Positions 43,162 to 54,316 of a DNA stretch of 64,000 nucleotides are shown here, piece by piece. The translations under genes and the position numbers were made by a program. Source of the DNA: Rebecca billardiae RCC1528. Its lineage: Eukaryota; Protista; Haptophyta. A model generated the notes under the pieces. The model had not been told where the DNA came from. It made no database searches and was given only the letters and a program-made list of their open reading frames with translations. Within the stretch, counting starts at the first letter, position 1; each line of letters starts with the position of its first letter. The stretch spans positions 1,178,001 to 1,242,000 of the forward strand of contig OZ251239.1 of NCBI GenBank assembly GCA_965240325.2. Reading direction: 5' to 3'.

Positions 43162-43334
43162 ATAGCCGGAAGGTTCATGACTGGCCAAGTACGGGAGTGA
43201 CGGTTACGCTCCACCACCTATTGAGTGGAAGGGTCGGTTCGTGGAAACGCTGCTTAGGAACGACGCACGCGGGTCGCGAGCGGAGGGCACCGCGAGAAGC
43301 CGTCCCCGCTCGCCCCACGGTCGCAACACGCACC

Positions 43335-44426
43335 ATGCGCGCGCCGCTCCTGCTCGTGCTGATTGCCCTCACATCCGCGCTCTCGCTCGCCGCTCCCGTC
43401 GGCGAGCGGCGCCTCGTCGAAACAAGTGCCGCCACCGACGACGCCGGAACCGAAGAGCCCAGCGATCCTCATGCGTTGGAGACGGAGGGCGACGACGACG
43501 ACGACGACGACGACGGCGATGACGAAGCGCATGCCGCTCCCGACCACGACGAGCATGGCGATGACGAGGACGAGGGCGAGGATGATCACGACGGGTTCGA
43601 CGACAGCGACGCCTCTGACCTCGACAAGCCCACCTCCGACGAGGACGCCCCCCTCTCCGCCCTGCACGACGGCGGACGTGATGATCGCCGCGATGAGGGC
43701 AAGCAGCGCTCGGCACACGTTGAGGATGATGACGATGACGACGACGACGACGATGAGGAGGAGGATGACGCCTCTGACGACGACGACGCAGACCACGACG
43801 CCCACGAGGGCGACGACACCGACCCACGCGGCGAGCCAGACGCGCAGCAGCAGCAGGGCGTGAGCGCTGCGGGCGCGCGCGAGGAGCGCCGCCGCGGCAA
43901 CTGGTTCACACGGCTCTTCGAGATGGACGAGGACGCAGCGGAAGAGGACGAGGGCAGGGTGAACTCATCGGGCGCCCGCCGAGCCATCACGCGCCGGGTG
44001 CTGTGTCTCACCATCTTCTTCCTCGCCCTCTTCTGCTTCTGCGCTGTGTGCGCGTGTGGCGTGCAGCGTGCGCGCCGCACGCGCAAGCAGCGCACACCAC
44101 CCCCTCCACCCACGGAGACGGCTCACCCGGTGATCGTCGAGGTAGGCGCCGCCAAGCCAGCCCAGGGCCCAAGCGCACCGCCCATGTACGCCGCGCCGGC
44201 AGCTGGCGGCGCGGCACCCACGCACGTGTCTCAGCACGTGTCCATCGTGGTGCCATCAAGCACGGCAGCATGGCCGACACACGGACCCTCACCTCCGCCG
44301 TCCTACCGCCAAGCGGCCGCCGTCACCACTGGCATGCCACCAGTGGCGACGGCCGTGCCTGTGATGGCTGCGTCGGCCGCCCCGCCAGCGTACGCCGCCG
44401 CGCATGATGATGCCGCCGCAACCTGA
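43335..44426 (+). CDS. Type-I membrane protein: signal peptide, Asp/Glu-rich ectodomain, Cys-rich TM, Pro-rich tail with PPxY motifs
   Basis: MRAPLLLVLIALTSALSLAA; poly-Asp runs; VLCLTIFFLALFCFCAVCACGV then basic QRARRTRK; PPMY, PPSY, PPAY. Confidence 0.85.
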   Translation: MRAPLLLVLIALTSALSLAAPVGERRLVETSAATDDAGTEEPSDPHALETEGDDDDDDDDGDDEAHAAPDHDEHGDDEDEGEDDHDGFDDSDASDLDKPTSDEDAPLSALHDGGRDDRRDEGKQRSAHVEDDDDDDDDDDEEEDDASDDDDADHDAHEGDDTDPRGEPDAQQQQGVSAAGAREERRRGNWFTRLFEMDEDAAEEDEGRVNSSGARRAITRRVLCLTIFFLALFCFCAVCACGVQRARRTRKQRTPPPPPTETAHPVIVEVGAAKPAQGPSAPPMYAAPAAGGAAPTHVSQHVSIVVPSSTAAWPTHGPSPPPSYRQAAAVTTGMPPVATAVPVMAASAAPPAYAAAHDDAAAT

Positions 44427-45111
44427 TATCATATCATCATCACGCTCGTCAGTCAGATTCGATTATAATAATACGTACACGGATTTAATACTACCGGGAT
44501 GATGAGTCATGATGATCGATCGATCTGATAAGGCGCGAGTACGCGGAGTAGTGACGACCGACTAAGTTCGCGGTCAAGTCAATGCAGTACTGTACAGAGT
44601 ACGCGCGTGGCCGGGCTGACCGGCACGCGGGCGGCACTGCTGCGGCGCCGGGCATCAGCACTCGGTACTGCACGTCGCGCCGCGGACTGTCGCGCTCAGG
44701 CGGCCTGCGATCGGCCGGCCGAGGCCGCCCTGTCAGCGCGGCCGGCCTGCTGCGGCCCTGCCTGACAAACGGCCGCCTAGACCTAGTGCGCTCTTCAGGG
44801 CGATGAAGGCGCGGATGCCAGGCGGTACTGTAGTACGACTACTAGTCCGGACGTCGCAGCCCGCGCAGGCGCGGCCGCGGCCCGCCGGCGCAGGCTGCTG
44901 CTTATGATGCGCAGTGCTTCGTTCTGGATCACGCGGCTGGGCGCGGTGTGAACCAGTGCGGCCCCACTGCGTGTCGCCGGGGCTCACGTCACACCCGCAT
45001 GACCGCACCGCGGCGCCGAGTGTCCGCCCCCGGAGTGCCCTGCCACGCGGCCGCACGCCTGTGACTGCATCAGCCAGTTCAGCCACGTCAGGGCAGCGTG
45101 CGCGCGGATTA

Positions 45112-45292
<181 letters not shown>

Positions 45293-45582
45293 AAGCGCGT
45301 CTCGAGGGCCGCACGGCGGAGCGCCGGCCGCATCGGGCCATCATCGCCTCCGCGATCTCGCGGCCCCGCGGCGGCAGCGAGTGACGCCGCGCTGTGACGC
45401 GTCCGAGTATTCTCCGCGCTCGGCCTAGTCACGGTGGCACACTATACCGACTACAGTCACACTCTACGATGGGGCGCAGTAGTAACCGATGAGCAGCGCG
45501 CGCAGCCGACGACCGCAGCAACGCGGGCTCGGCGGCCGGATGAGAGTCCACCCGACTAACAGAGCCGCCGCACGACTCACCA

Positions 45583-47815
45583 TCAGCCGCCGAACGTAGG
45601 CTGAAGCTGATGAGCGCCGCCGGGGATGCTGGCTGCTGCGGAGAGCGTGTTGCCCGTGTCCAGCAGCCGGCGCAGGCTCCTACGCATCGCTCCGGGCGTG
45701 TCCTTGAGCGAGCGCCGCCCGCCGAGCTGCGGCGACGCCTCCTGCTCGTGCGAGACCCGGGCGCCGCGCACGCCCCCCATCAAGGGCGTGTCCCTGAGCG
45801 AGCGCCGCCCGCCGAGCGGCGGCGACGCCTCGTGCTCGGAGGAGAGCCGGGCGCCGCGCACGCCCCCCATCAAGGGCGTGTCCCTGAGCGAGCGCTGCCC
45901 GCCGCCGCCCTGCGAGCTTTCAGAGCCGATCGAGCGGCGGCCGCCGCTCGGCCGCGCAGAGCGGGTGCCGTTGCCGCCCACGGGCACGTTGGCGAGGTTC
46001 AGGCGCTGCTCGAGCGTGAAGGTGGCGGGCACGCCGCCAAGCTCGACGAGGTGCCCCTCGTCGACGCCTGCGCTCGCGAGCCCGGCCCCGGCCCCCGCCC
46101 CCGACGACCGCCGCGCGGCCCGAGCGCCGAAGTGGTTGGGGGCCCTTCTCGCGGGCGAGCGCGGCGGCAGCGCGCCGCTGGGCCGCGCTGGCCGGACGGG
46201 CGAGCCGTGCAGCGAGTGGCCGTGCAGCTGCTCGCCGCCGAGCAGCAGCTGGCCGTGCACGTCCTGGCTGCTGCGCCGCACCGGCTGCGCGCGCGGCAGC
46301 GGGAGGGCACGCCGCTGCGCCGCCATCGGCGAGCGCGCAGCAGCCGCCCTGGGCTCGTGGCTGCTGCTGCCACGCCTGCTGCTGCCGCGCCGCACCGGCG
46401 CGTGCAGCGGCTGCAGCTCGCGCCTGTACGAGCCGCGGCGCGAGTGCGGGTTGGGGCTGACGCGGCGCGAGCCCGGCGCCGAGCCCTGCCACGGGATCAT
46501 CTCGTCCTCGTCGTGCCGCACGATGGGCGGCCCGGTGCCTCCGCTGAGCGAAGCGTCGGATGAGCGCCGGTGCTTGCGCGCGCCCGCGGGGCCGTACTCC
46601 TGCGAGCCGCGCCGGTGGCCGCCGACGGCGCCGACGACGACGCCCAGCGCCTGGAAGACGTGTAGCCGCGTGCCCTCCTTCACCTGCACCGCCGCATCCG
46701 CCTCGAGCAGCGCCGAGTTGATCGAGAGGTGCTCGAGCTTGGCGTGGGAGATCCCCCACTGTCCCGAGTGCAGCTGCTTGAAGCCCTGCACCGTCTTTGG
46801 GAGCGACCAGGTCGAGGGGAGCTCGGGGGTCCTGCGCACGCTCCTCGCGGCCTGCATCACCTCCTCCGCCGCGGCGATCGCCTCGCGCTCCTGCCGCGCG
46901 ACCACCAGCCGCTCCGCGCGCACCTTCGCCGCCGCCACGAGGAAGAGAGCGCGCCAGCGCGCGCGCGCGCGCCGCGACGTCGCCTCACGCTCGAGCGAGG
47001 CGGCGAGGTCCTGCTGGTCCTCCTCGTCGCGTTGTGCCTGGGTGGCCTCGTCGTCGGCGTCGGAGGCGGAGCGCAGCGAGCACGTCTTGCGCACCTTGGG
47101 CAGGAACACCGCGTCCATCGCCTTCTTCGACGTCTGCCGCTGGTGCAGCAGCGCGCCCGCGGCGCCAAAGGGCGCCGCCGCGGCCGCGGCCGCGCCGCCG
47201 CCGCCTCCGCCGCTCAGCAACGGGTCCGCCGCCTCCCATGGGGCGGCCCAGGGCCCGGCGGGCGCGCCGGCGGCGCCGAGCGGCTGCGGCCCCTGGCTGC
47301 GCGAGCGCCCGCCGCCGAGCGCGTTCTGGATCTCGAAGCCGAACATGTCCACCGGCTCGGACGCGCCGCGCTGCCGGCCGGCGCGCAGCGCCTTTGCGAT
47401 GTGCGCGCGCCGTTCGAGGCTCGACTTGGCCTGGCTGCCGCCGAGCGGCCTGCCGGCAAAGCTGCCGCCGCCCATGCTGGCGCTGAGGCTGCCGTGGCCG
47501 TGAGCGTCGGCGAAGCTGCCGGGCGCCTCGCCCCCCGCGCTCGAGCCGTGGCTCGCCACGCGCGCCGCCGCCTTCGGCGGCGGCGGCTGCCGCGGGCCCG
47601 GGTCGCTGTGCGCGACTTGGCGCGACGCGCCGCCGGCCGCGTTGCGCGGCGGCGTGAGCATCGGGCTGAGGGCCGGAGCCGGCGGCTGCCCCGGGCGGCG
47701 CGGCGCGCCCAGCGGGCCCGTGACCACCGGGTTGGGCCCGCGCAGCGCCGGCAGCTCCGTGCCGCCGTACTGCGGGTTGGGCAGGTGCGAGGCACCAAGC
47801 GGCGGCTGCGGCTGC

Positions 47816-47848
<33 letters not shown>

Positions 47849-48726
47849 GAAGGCGGCGGCGGCGCGGCGGTGGCGGCGGGCGGCGCGGCTGGCGTGGCGC
47901 GCGGCGCGAACGGCAGCCCGGCGCGCGCCGGTGCAGGCACCGGGGCCACACCTGGCGGTGGGAGCGGCGAGGACCACCTGCCGAGCTGCGGCGCGGCGGC
48001 GCCCACCGCAGCGCTGGCGGCAGGTGGCGCGCGGCCCGCGCCGCCCGCGCCGCCGGCTGCCGCCGCGGGCTGCAACGAGTTGTGCGCAGGCGGCGGCGGC
48101 ACGGCACGCGGCGCGGGTGCGGCGTCGGCGTGTGCCTCGGCGACGAGCGGCGGCAGCGGCGACGCCTCGTGCCCGCTGAACCGCCCGTTCCCCGCGCCCG
48201 TCCGGCCGACGAAGCCGACGAGTCCTGTCTGCTGCAGGTGCTCCTCCAGCTGGTCGCGCAGCGCGCGCGCGTGCTGCGCGCGGGTCTGCCAGTGGGCGTA
48301 GCGCTCGCGCAGCTCGTCCTCGGCCGAGACGAGCGCGAGCTGCTGCTGCTGCAGCTCGAGCGTCATGTCCGGCTGCCGCGAAGCCTCGAGCGCGGCCGCC
48401 GCCTCGCCAAACGAGCGCGGGCCCTGGCCGGCCGCGCCCTCGACGCCTGGGACGGAGGTGTCGGCGACGGCGCTGACCTCCATCGAGCGCACGAGGGCGT
48501 CCCAGTCGGTCTGAATCGCCTGCTCGTCGCGCATGATCAGCTCGCGCTCCTTGAACAGCTGCTCCTCCATCAGGTCGAGCTGCGCGGCGTGCTGCACGAG
48601 CTCGTCGACCGAGCGGGCGGGCGGCGGCAGCACGATGCCGTCGTGCGGCTCCAGGGGGCCGGCGTCTGGCGTGATCGCGGGGAGCGGGTGCGCCCCGTGG
48701 AGCAGCGCCGCGCCAGCGGCTGCCAT
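45583..48726 (-). CDS. Hypothetical ~1050-aa protein with N-terminal coiled coil, Pro/Gln-rich middle and C-terminal 30-aa repeats
   Basis: Long ORF with LDLMEEQLFKERELIMRDEQAIQ and poly-Q. RSL(R/K)DTP recurs three times at a 90-bp period (45701, 45791, 45881). Confidence 0.7.
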
Positions 48727-49356
48727 CGCGTCCGAGGACCTCGCCCTCGGCGCGAGGCGAGCAGGGAGGGTGTATGCACCGAGGCCCCTGCCTGCCACTG
48801 GGCAGCCCGAACAGGCAAGCTCGCTCACCTGCGTGCGCCGTGTGGCGCGCTCCAATCAAGAGGGTGCTCGGTGGCCCCAACCAATCTCCCAATCGTGTGT
48901 TTGGGGTGGGTGTTGCGACCCAAGAATCTGGGGGTTAAGGTGAATCTCAAGCGAGTGCCTGGTAGCATCTGAGCGACGGGGGTTGAATTTGATTGAATGG
49001 TCTTCCAGTAGATACGACTGTCCGAGACGACGACGGGTGAATGATGAGCAAAATGGGGTTGAACTAATATTGAGCCGACGAAAACCAATCTGTGAACCGC
49101 CAGCTCAGCAGATACGGATTGACTTGATGGAAGTGAATCGGTAAATGACTATGAATCCGTATTGACGTATTTCATGAGCTGTGTGATCATCAACTAACTA
49201 AAGTTGGATTCAGTTCGAGCAGTGACACATCACTCGCATGGAATCTTGACGATGTGAACCCAGCCGGTTTTTTTTGGGGTCTGGGACTTGGGAGCGGAGA
49301 CCCCGCAGGCCGCACAACGCAAGCACTGCAGGATCGCCGCGCCGCGTCCATCCCAC

Positions 49357-50925
49357 TCAAAGTCCGCGCCGCGCGAGCAGTCGCCGCGCCGCGTCCATCC
49401 CACTCAGCGCGGCCCGCTGCAGCGCCAGCGGCTCGTCGACGCGGCCCGGCGCCGCCCCACCGCCGCCGCCCCCATCCTGCGCGGCCGCGGGCTGGGGCTC
49501 GGCCGAGAGCAGCCGCGCGAGGAAGTCGCCGCACACGCTCAGCTGCAGCCCCGTCTCGGTGGCGTCGAGCACGCCGGAGAGCGCGGGCTCCGCCGAGCCG
49601 TCGGCGTCCGGCGCGCAGAGCGCCGCGCCCCAGCGCTGCGCCTTGGCGCACACGACGCGCGGCCACGGCGCGCCGCCGCCCTGCGCGCCGCCGCCCCTCA
49701 GCCCGGCGGCGAGCGCCTCGAACTCGGCCACCATCGCCTCCGCGGGGTCGGCGCGCAAGTAGCCGTCCGCCTGCGGCACGTACTCGACGGCCGGGGCGCC
49801 GGCGCGCGCGGGCTCGGCCGCGGGCGCGCGCGCGCGGCTCATCCCCTCCTGCCCGAGGCACGCGCGCGCGAACGCCTCGGTGCTCACGAGGACCCACCGT
49901 TCAAATTCGGGCGTGCTTGCCTGAGTGCCTTTGCGGGCGTCGGCGTGGTCGGCGGCGGTGGAGGTGCCGGCGCCTGCGGCAGCGGCGGGGCCGTCCGCGG
50001 CGTGGCGGCGTGCGTGCGGCCTCGCGTCCTGCGCGCACACCCACTGCAGCACCTCGCTGCCGTGCACGCTCGCCGCGTCGAACGGCAGCCGTGCAGACCC
50101 GCCGCCCGCCGGCCGCTCGTACGCGACCATACACGTGAACAGCGGTCGGATGGCGCCGAAGCGGCGCGCGCCCTCGTCCCAGCGCAGGCGCGCGCGCAGC
50201 GCGCGCACGAGCTCGGGCGCGACGTCCTCCAGGCCGTCCAGGCAGCTCGGGTGCCACGCGGGCATGGCCAGCGCCATGTGGTCGCTCACGATCAGCTCGT
50301 CAAACTCGCCCAGGGCCGCGCGCCCCGCGGCCGCCGACTCGGCGAGCGCCGACGCGGTGGCGCGGTCATGGCCCAGCCCGTCTCCGCCGAGCGCCCACGC
50401 GCCGCCGGCGCGCTCGCACTGGGCGACGCGCGTGCCCTCGTGCACGCGCACGCGGCCTGGCGCGACGCGCTTCGCCCCTTCCACCAGCTCGCGCGCGAGC
50501 GCATCCATGCCGCCCGCCCCCACGAACCGCGAGCCATCCAGTGCGGCCGAGCACGCGCCGAAAAAGCCGCCGCCGCCGCCGCCGCCGCTCGGCGGCACCG
50601 ACGCGGGCGAGAAGGCGCCTCGCGTGAGCCAGCCGAGGCGTGACCGGTCGGGCGGCCACGCCACGAGCGCCGGCCGCAGGTACTCGAGCAGCGAGCCATC
50701 GGTGACGTGGCACAGCTGCGCGCCGTGATCAAAGCGCTCGCTGATCGTCCGGCCGTCGACGGTCGGCTCCGGCCGGCAACGGTGCGAGGAGCGGCCGCCG
50801 ACGGCGCGGCCCCAGTCGAACAGATCGACGTGCACGTGCGCGCACTCGGCGAGCACGCGCGCAGCCGCGCACCCGGCGACCCCGCCGCCGACGATGGCGA
50901 CACGAGTCACGCCCTCTGCCGCCAT
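49357..50925 (-). CDS. Renalase-like FAD-dependent oxidoreductase
   Basis: RVAIVGGGVAG Rossmann motif, DWGRAVGGRSSHR, FDHGAQ, FVGAGGMDALAR, AQRWGAA, CGDF, AALSG. Confidence 0.88.
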   Translation of the reverse strand: MAAEGVTRVAIVGGGVAGCAAARVLAECAHVHVDLFDWGRAVGGRSSHRCRPEPTVDGRTISERFDHGAQLCHVTDGSLLEYLRPALVAWPPDRSRLGWLTRGAFSPASVPPSGGGGGGGFFGACSAALDGSRFVGAGGMDALARELVEGAKRVAPGRVRVHEGTRVAQCERAGGAWALGGDGLGHDRATASALAESAAAGRAALGEFDELIVSDHMALAMPAWHPSCLDGLEDVAPELVRALRARLRWDEGARRFGAIRPLFTCMVAYERPAGGGSARLPFDAASVHGSEVLQWVCAQDARPHARRHAADGPAAAAGAGTSTAADHADARKGTQASTPEFERWVLVSTEAFARACLGQEGMSRARAPAAEPARAGAPAVEYVPQADGYLRADPAEAMVAEFEALAAGLRGGGAQGGGAPWPRVVCAKAQRWGAALCAPDADGSAEPALSGVLDATETGLQLSVCGDFLARLLSAEPQPAAAQDGGGGGGAAPGRVDEPLALQRAALSGMDAARRLLARRGL

Positions 50926-51000
50926 GATTCGTCACGACGACGAGTGCCGCACGTACTCATTCTATGATTTAACTCACCACGACGCGTTTGTCCGGGCGCG

Positions 51001-51048
51001 TCGGATTTCTCGCTCGATCGGATTCGGATTTCTCGCTCGATCGGATTC
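51001..51048. repeat. Two tandem 23-bp units upstream of the renalase-like gene
   Basis: TCGGATTTCTCGCTCGATCGGAT x2. Confidence 0.85.
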
Positions 51049-51206
51049 GTCGGTCGCAGTGGATCCCGCAAACGCTTGGTCACAAGGCTGACTTCCTCCG
51101 GAAGTCGCAGCGTCGATCGGACGCGACGTCCATCCAGCTCCGACGCGCTCCGAGTGTGAGAATCGTGTCACTGCTTGCAGCAGCTGCTCGTGACCCTGCG
51201 CGAGGC

Positions 51207-53009
51207 TTACTTGTCAGCAGCATCGTCGTACTCGTAGCCTGAAGTCGTCACGGCGCCGGCGGCCGCCGCGCCGCCGCGCGGGAAAGCATCGCGCGGCGCG
51301 AGCGTGAGCCGCAGCTCTTGCGCGAGCTCCGGCGTCAGCCGCCCGCCGCCGCGCGCCCCGCCGAACGCGCCCGTCTCGTACGCGAGCCTGAGCAGCTCGT
51401 GCCGAATCAGCGCCTCCAGCCAAGGCGCGGCCTCGGGCGCGGAGTCGAAACGGAAGGCCAGCGTGCCGCCCTCGCGCGTGCGCAGCTCGAGGACGGACTG
51501 GTCGACCGTCGCGAGCTGCTCGAGCTGCGAGTACGGCACGGCGACCCACGGCCCCCACGGCTGCGCGCGCGCCGCGGGCCCGGCGCCCGGCACGTACCGA
51601 ATGTGCATGTGCATCCCGTCGTCGTGCAGCTCGAGCACGCCGCTGCGCAGCGCGCGCTTCGCCGAGGGCGCCGCTGAGAGTCCGGCGATCAGAAAGCAGG
51701 TCAGCGTGGTGAGCACGTCGCAGCCCAGCGCGAACGGCTCGGGCCGCCTGCGCACCACCTCCACCCAGCTCGCCACCACCATCAGCCCGCCGAGCGTGGC
51801 GAAGCCCGCCGCCACCCAGTCGAGCGCGCGCGCTCCCCAGAGGCGGCGCAGCCCTCCGGCCTTGTGCCGAATGCTGAGCCTCGGCGGCCGCGGCTGGCCC
51901 GCGTCGCCACGCGCGCCGCCGTGCGAGCCCGCGCGCTCGAGCACGCGCAGCGAGGAGCCTGGGGGCGCGCGCACGGCGCGCATGCCCGGCGGCACCGCCG
52001 CCGCCCAGCGCGGCGCGACATAGGCGGCATCGGGCTCGAGCGCGCGCGCGCTCGCGCCCGGCCAGGCAAGTGCGTCGATCGCTGGGTCGCACGTCGCGAT
52101 GAGCGGCACGAGGACGAGGTGCGACAGCGCGAGCGCCACGCACGGCTTGGAGGGGACCCAGCGCCGACAGCGCGCGCGTGTGCGCGCCGTGCCAGCCACA
52201 CCCTCCTCCGCCGCGGCTGCCGCCGCCGCCGCCTCCTCCCCCGCGCGCGGCTGCAGGCCAGTGGCCGACCCGTCGCCGTCCGCTGCGTCCGATGCGCCGG
52301 GCGCGCGCTCCGCCGCCGCCGTCGCCTGCGCCTGCGGCGCGCGAGGCGGCGGCAGGAGCCGCTCGCGCTTGCGCAGCACGATCCGCGCGACGTCGAGCTG
52401 CGACGGCACGCACAGCCGCACGGCGACCCGCGAGCGCAGGGGTCTTGCAGACCGGGCTGCGCCGTCGTCGTCGTCGTCGTCGATCGGCTCGGTGGACTCG
52501 ACGAAGCACGCGAGCGGGTCGGCGTCTGGGTCGGGCGGGCGTGGCACGTCCCCGCGCCCCGCCCAGCCGTCCGGCACCGAGTCCGGGTGCACGTCCAGCC
52601 AGTGGCTCACCTCCCGCCGCTTGGCCCAGTTCACAAACAGGCTGCGTGAGAGCAGCTGGCGGTTGGTCAGCGGGTCGCGCGGGCGGCGGTGCGGGTTGGC
52701 GTTCCAGAAGCGGAGCAGCGCTTCGCGCTCGTACGTGTCGCCCGCCTCGGGCACGAACACGGGGTCGCGGTACATGACGCGCGTGATCGGGCAGAGCAAA
52801 GCCTCGGGCTCCTCACACCGCGCCGACGCAGCCGACGCGCTCGTGGCGGCGTGCGGGCCTGCTTCGGGCGCGCGTGCCTCGTCGTCAGTGTCGGTGTCGG
52901 CATCCGGGATCTCGACGGTGACGACTTGATCCGTCGCCGCCGAGCCCGAGCCGCCCGGCGGCCCGTCTGGCGGCACGGTGTGATGCACCTCGCGGACGGT
53001 CATCGACAT
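51207..53009 (-). CDS. U-box domain protein with transmembrane segments (putative membrane E3 ligase)
   Basis: PEALLCPITRVMYRDPV...GDTYEREALLRFW...DPLTNRQL...FVNWAKRREVSHW. Hydrophobic segments CVALALSHLVLVPLIA, VAAGFATLGGLMVVASW, VLTTLTCFLIAGL. Confidence 0.85.
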   Translation of the reverse strand: MSMTVREVHHTVPPDGPPGGSGSAATDQVVTVEIPDADTDTDDEARAPEAGPHAATSASAASARCEEPEALLCPITRVMYRDPVFVPEAGDTYEREALLRFWNANPHRRPRDPLTNRQLLSRSLFVNWAKRREVSHWLDVHPDSVPDGWAGRGDVPRPPDPDADPLACFVESTEPIDDDDDDGAARSARPLRSRVAVRLCVPSQLDVARIVLRKRERLLPPPRAPQAQATAAAERAPGASDAADGDGSATGLQPRAGEEAAAAAAAAEEGVAGTARTRARCRRWVPSKPCVALALSHLVLVPLIATCDPAIDALAWPGASARALEPDAAYVAPRWAAAVPPGMRAVRAPPGSSLRVLERAGSHGGARGDAGQPRPPRLSIRHKAGGLRRLWGARALDWVAAGFATLGGLMVVASWVEVVRRRPEPFALGCDVLTTLTCFLIAGLSAAPSAKRALRSGVLELHDDGMHMHIRYVPGAGPAARAQPWGPWVAVPYSQLEQLATVDQSVLELRTREGGTLAFRFDSAPEAAPWLEALIRHELLRLAYETGAFGGARGGGRLTPELAQELRLTLAPRDAFPRGGAAAAGAVTTSGYEYDDAADK

Positions 53010-53148
53010 GGCTGTCTGAAGCCCGCACGGCGCGCCGGCGCGCGGGCGCGCCCTGCTCGGCTTGCTCGCGGTAGAAAGGCGACCGGATCGGGATTCGGGA
53101 TTATTTTGGCGGCGACGAATTCTTGCGCCATCTTGTCATCTCACCAAC

Positions 53149-53706
53149 ATGGCGCCTGCTCTGATCGTGGCGACGATCGTGGCGATGACGACAATAGCTC
53201 CCCTAGCCGTTGGCCCTTGCCAACGCGCGGTGCTCGCCCGACGAGTGCCACGGCCGATGCTGCTCACGGCCTCCAGCGCTGGCCCCTTGCCCTGCACAGA
53301 GGCAAACGTGCTGGAGGTTCTCGATGAGTGCCGCGCCGCCGGCACGGACATGTTCGGATGCCACCCGGCGTGCGCAGAGGTGGGCATCACCGGAGACGTC
53401 GAGCTCGTCGACCTGGAGGGCCCGTTCGTGACCATCGCGCTGTCAGGCCGCTTCTGGCACCGACGACGCACCGTGCTGCAGCGCGTCGGCGCGTTCCTCG
53501 CCGAGCGCATCCCGGAGCTCGTTGAGGTCACGCTGGCAGACCCGGAGATGGCAGAGGACTTTGTGCTCGACGAGGACGGCAACCCGGCCGTCGACAAGCG
53601 CTCGCCTGACTTCAACGGGGATCGCGAGGCGATGTCATTTAACGGGTACGACCCCGACCAGCGTGGGCCTTTCCCCGATCGGAACGCGCTCAGCTTCTTC
53701 GTGTGA
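53149..53706 (+). CDS. NifU-C-terminal (NFU)-like protein lacking CxxC, with a bipartite-looking presequence
   Basis: TEANVLEVLDECR...GDVELVDLEGPFVTIALSG...VGAFLAERIPELVEV matches the NifU_C pattern. Hydrophobic N-terminus followed by an Arg-rich segment. Confidence 0.75.
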   Translation: MAPALIVATIVAMTTIAPLAVGPCQRAVLARRVPRPMLLTASSAGPLPCTEANVLEVLDECRAAGTDMFGCHPACAEVGITGDVELVDLEGPFVTIALSGRFWHRRRTVLQRVGAFLAERIPELVEVTLADPEMAEDFVLDEDGNPAVDKRSPDFNGDREAMSFNGYDPDQRGPFPDRNALSFFV

Positions 53707-54316
53707 CTACTGACTGGCAGCGACTCGATCAGACGCCGCGAGTACGGTCCAGACTCAAGTCGTGTCAGCGGAGTCGTGCGAGGCCGCGCAGACAGTATTT
53801 ATACCATTTACCGTGCCCCGCACTCCGCAGTGCCAGGCCCCATGCGCCCCGCGGCCAAGGCTCATCACGTCGGGCGCTGCCAGCCGTCAATAAGGCCTCC
53901 GCTGAGTCAGTAAGTGCTCCCCGGCGGGCCCGGGCCCCCGCCGCCACCCTGTTACAAGCTGTAAGCAGGGTACACCGGGCTCACAACCGGGTACAGGCCC
54001 GGCACAGCATCTGCTGCGTGCTGCCGTCATCTCAGCGCAGGCTCAGTCTCATCGTCATCAGCATATCAGCGCAGCATGCAGATATCATGCATATAGCAGC
54101 GTCAGGCGGCGCACTCGCGACAGCCACGACGCTGCCGGGCAGGGCCAGGCAACTCCGTGAACTCGTCGTCATCCGACGATAGCGCCCGGTCCGGCGCGCT
54201 CAACGAGGCTCCCCAGTCGTAGCCGCAGCAGTCACTCACGGCAGGTGGCTCCGCGCCTGGTGCTCGAAGGCTCCGCCAGACTCTGGAGAACACAGGCCAG
54301 ACCGGCTCTAGTGCCT

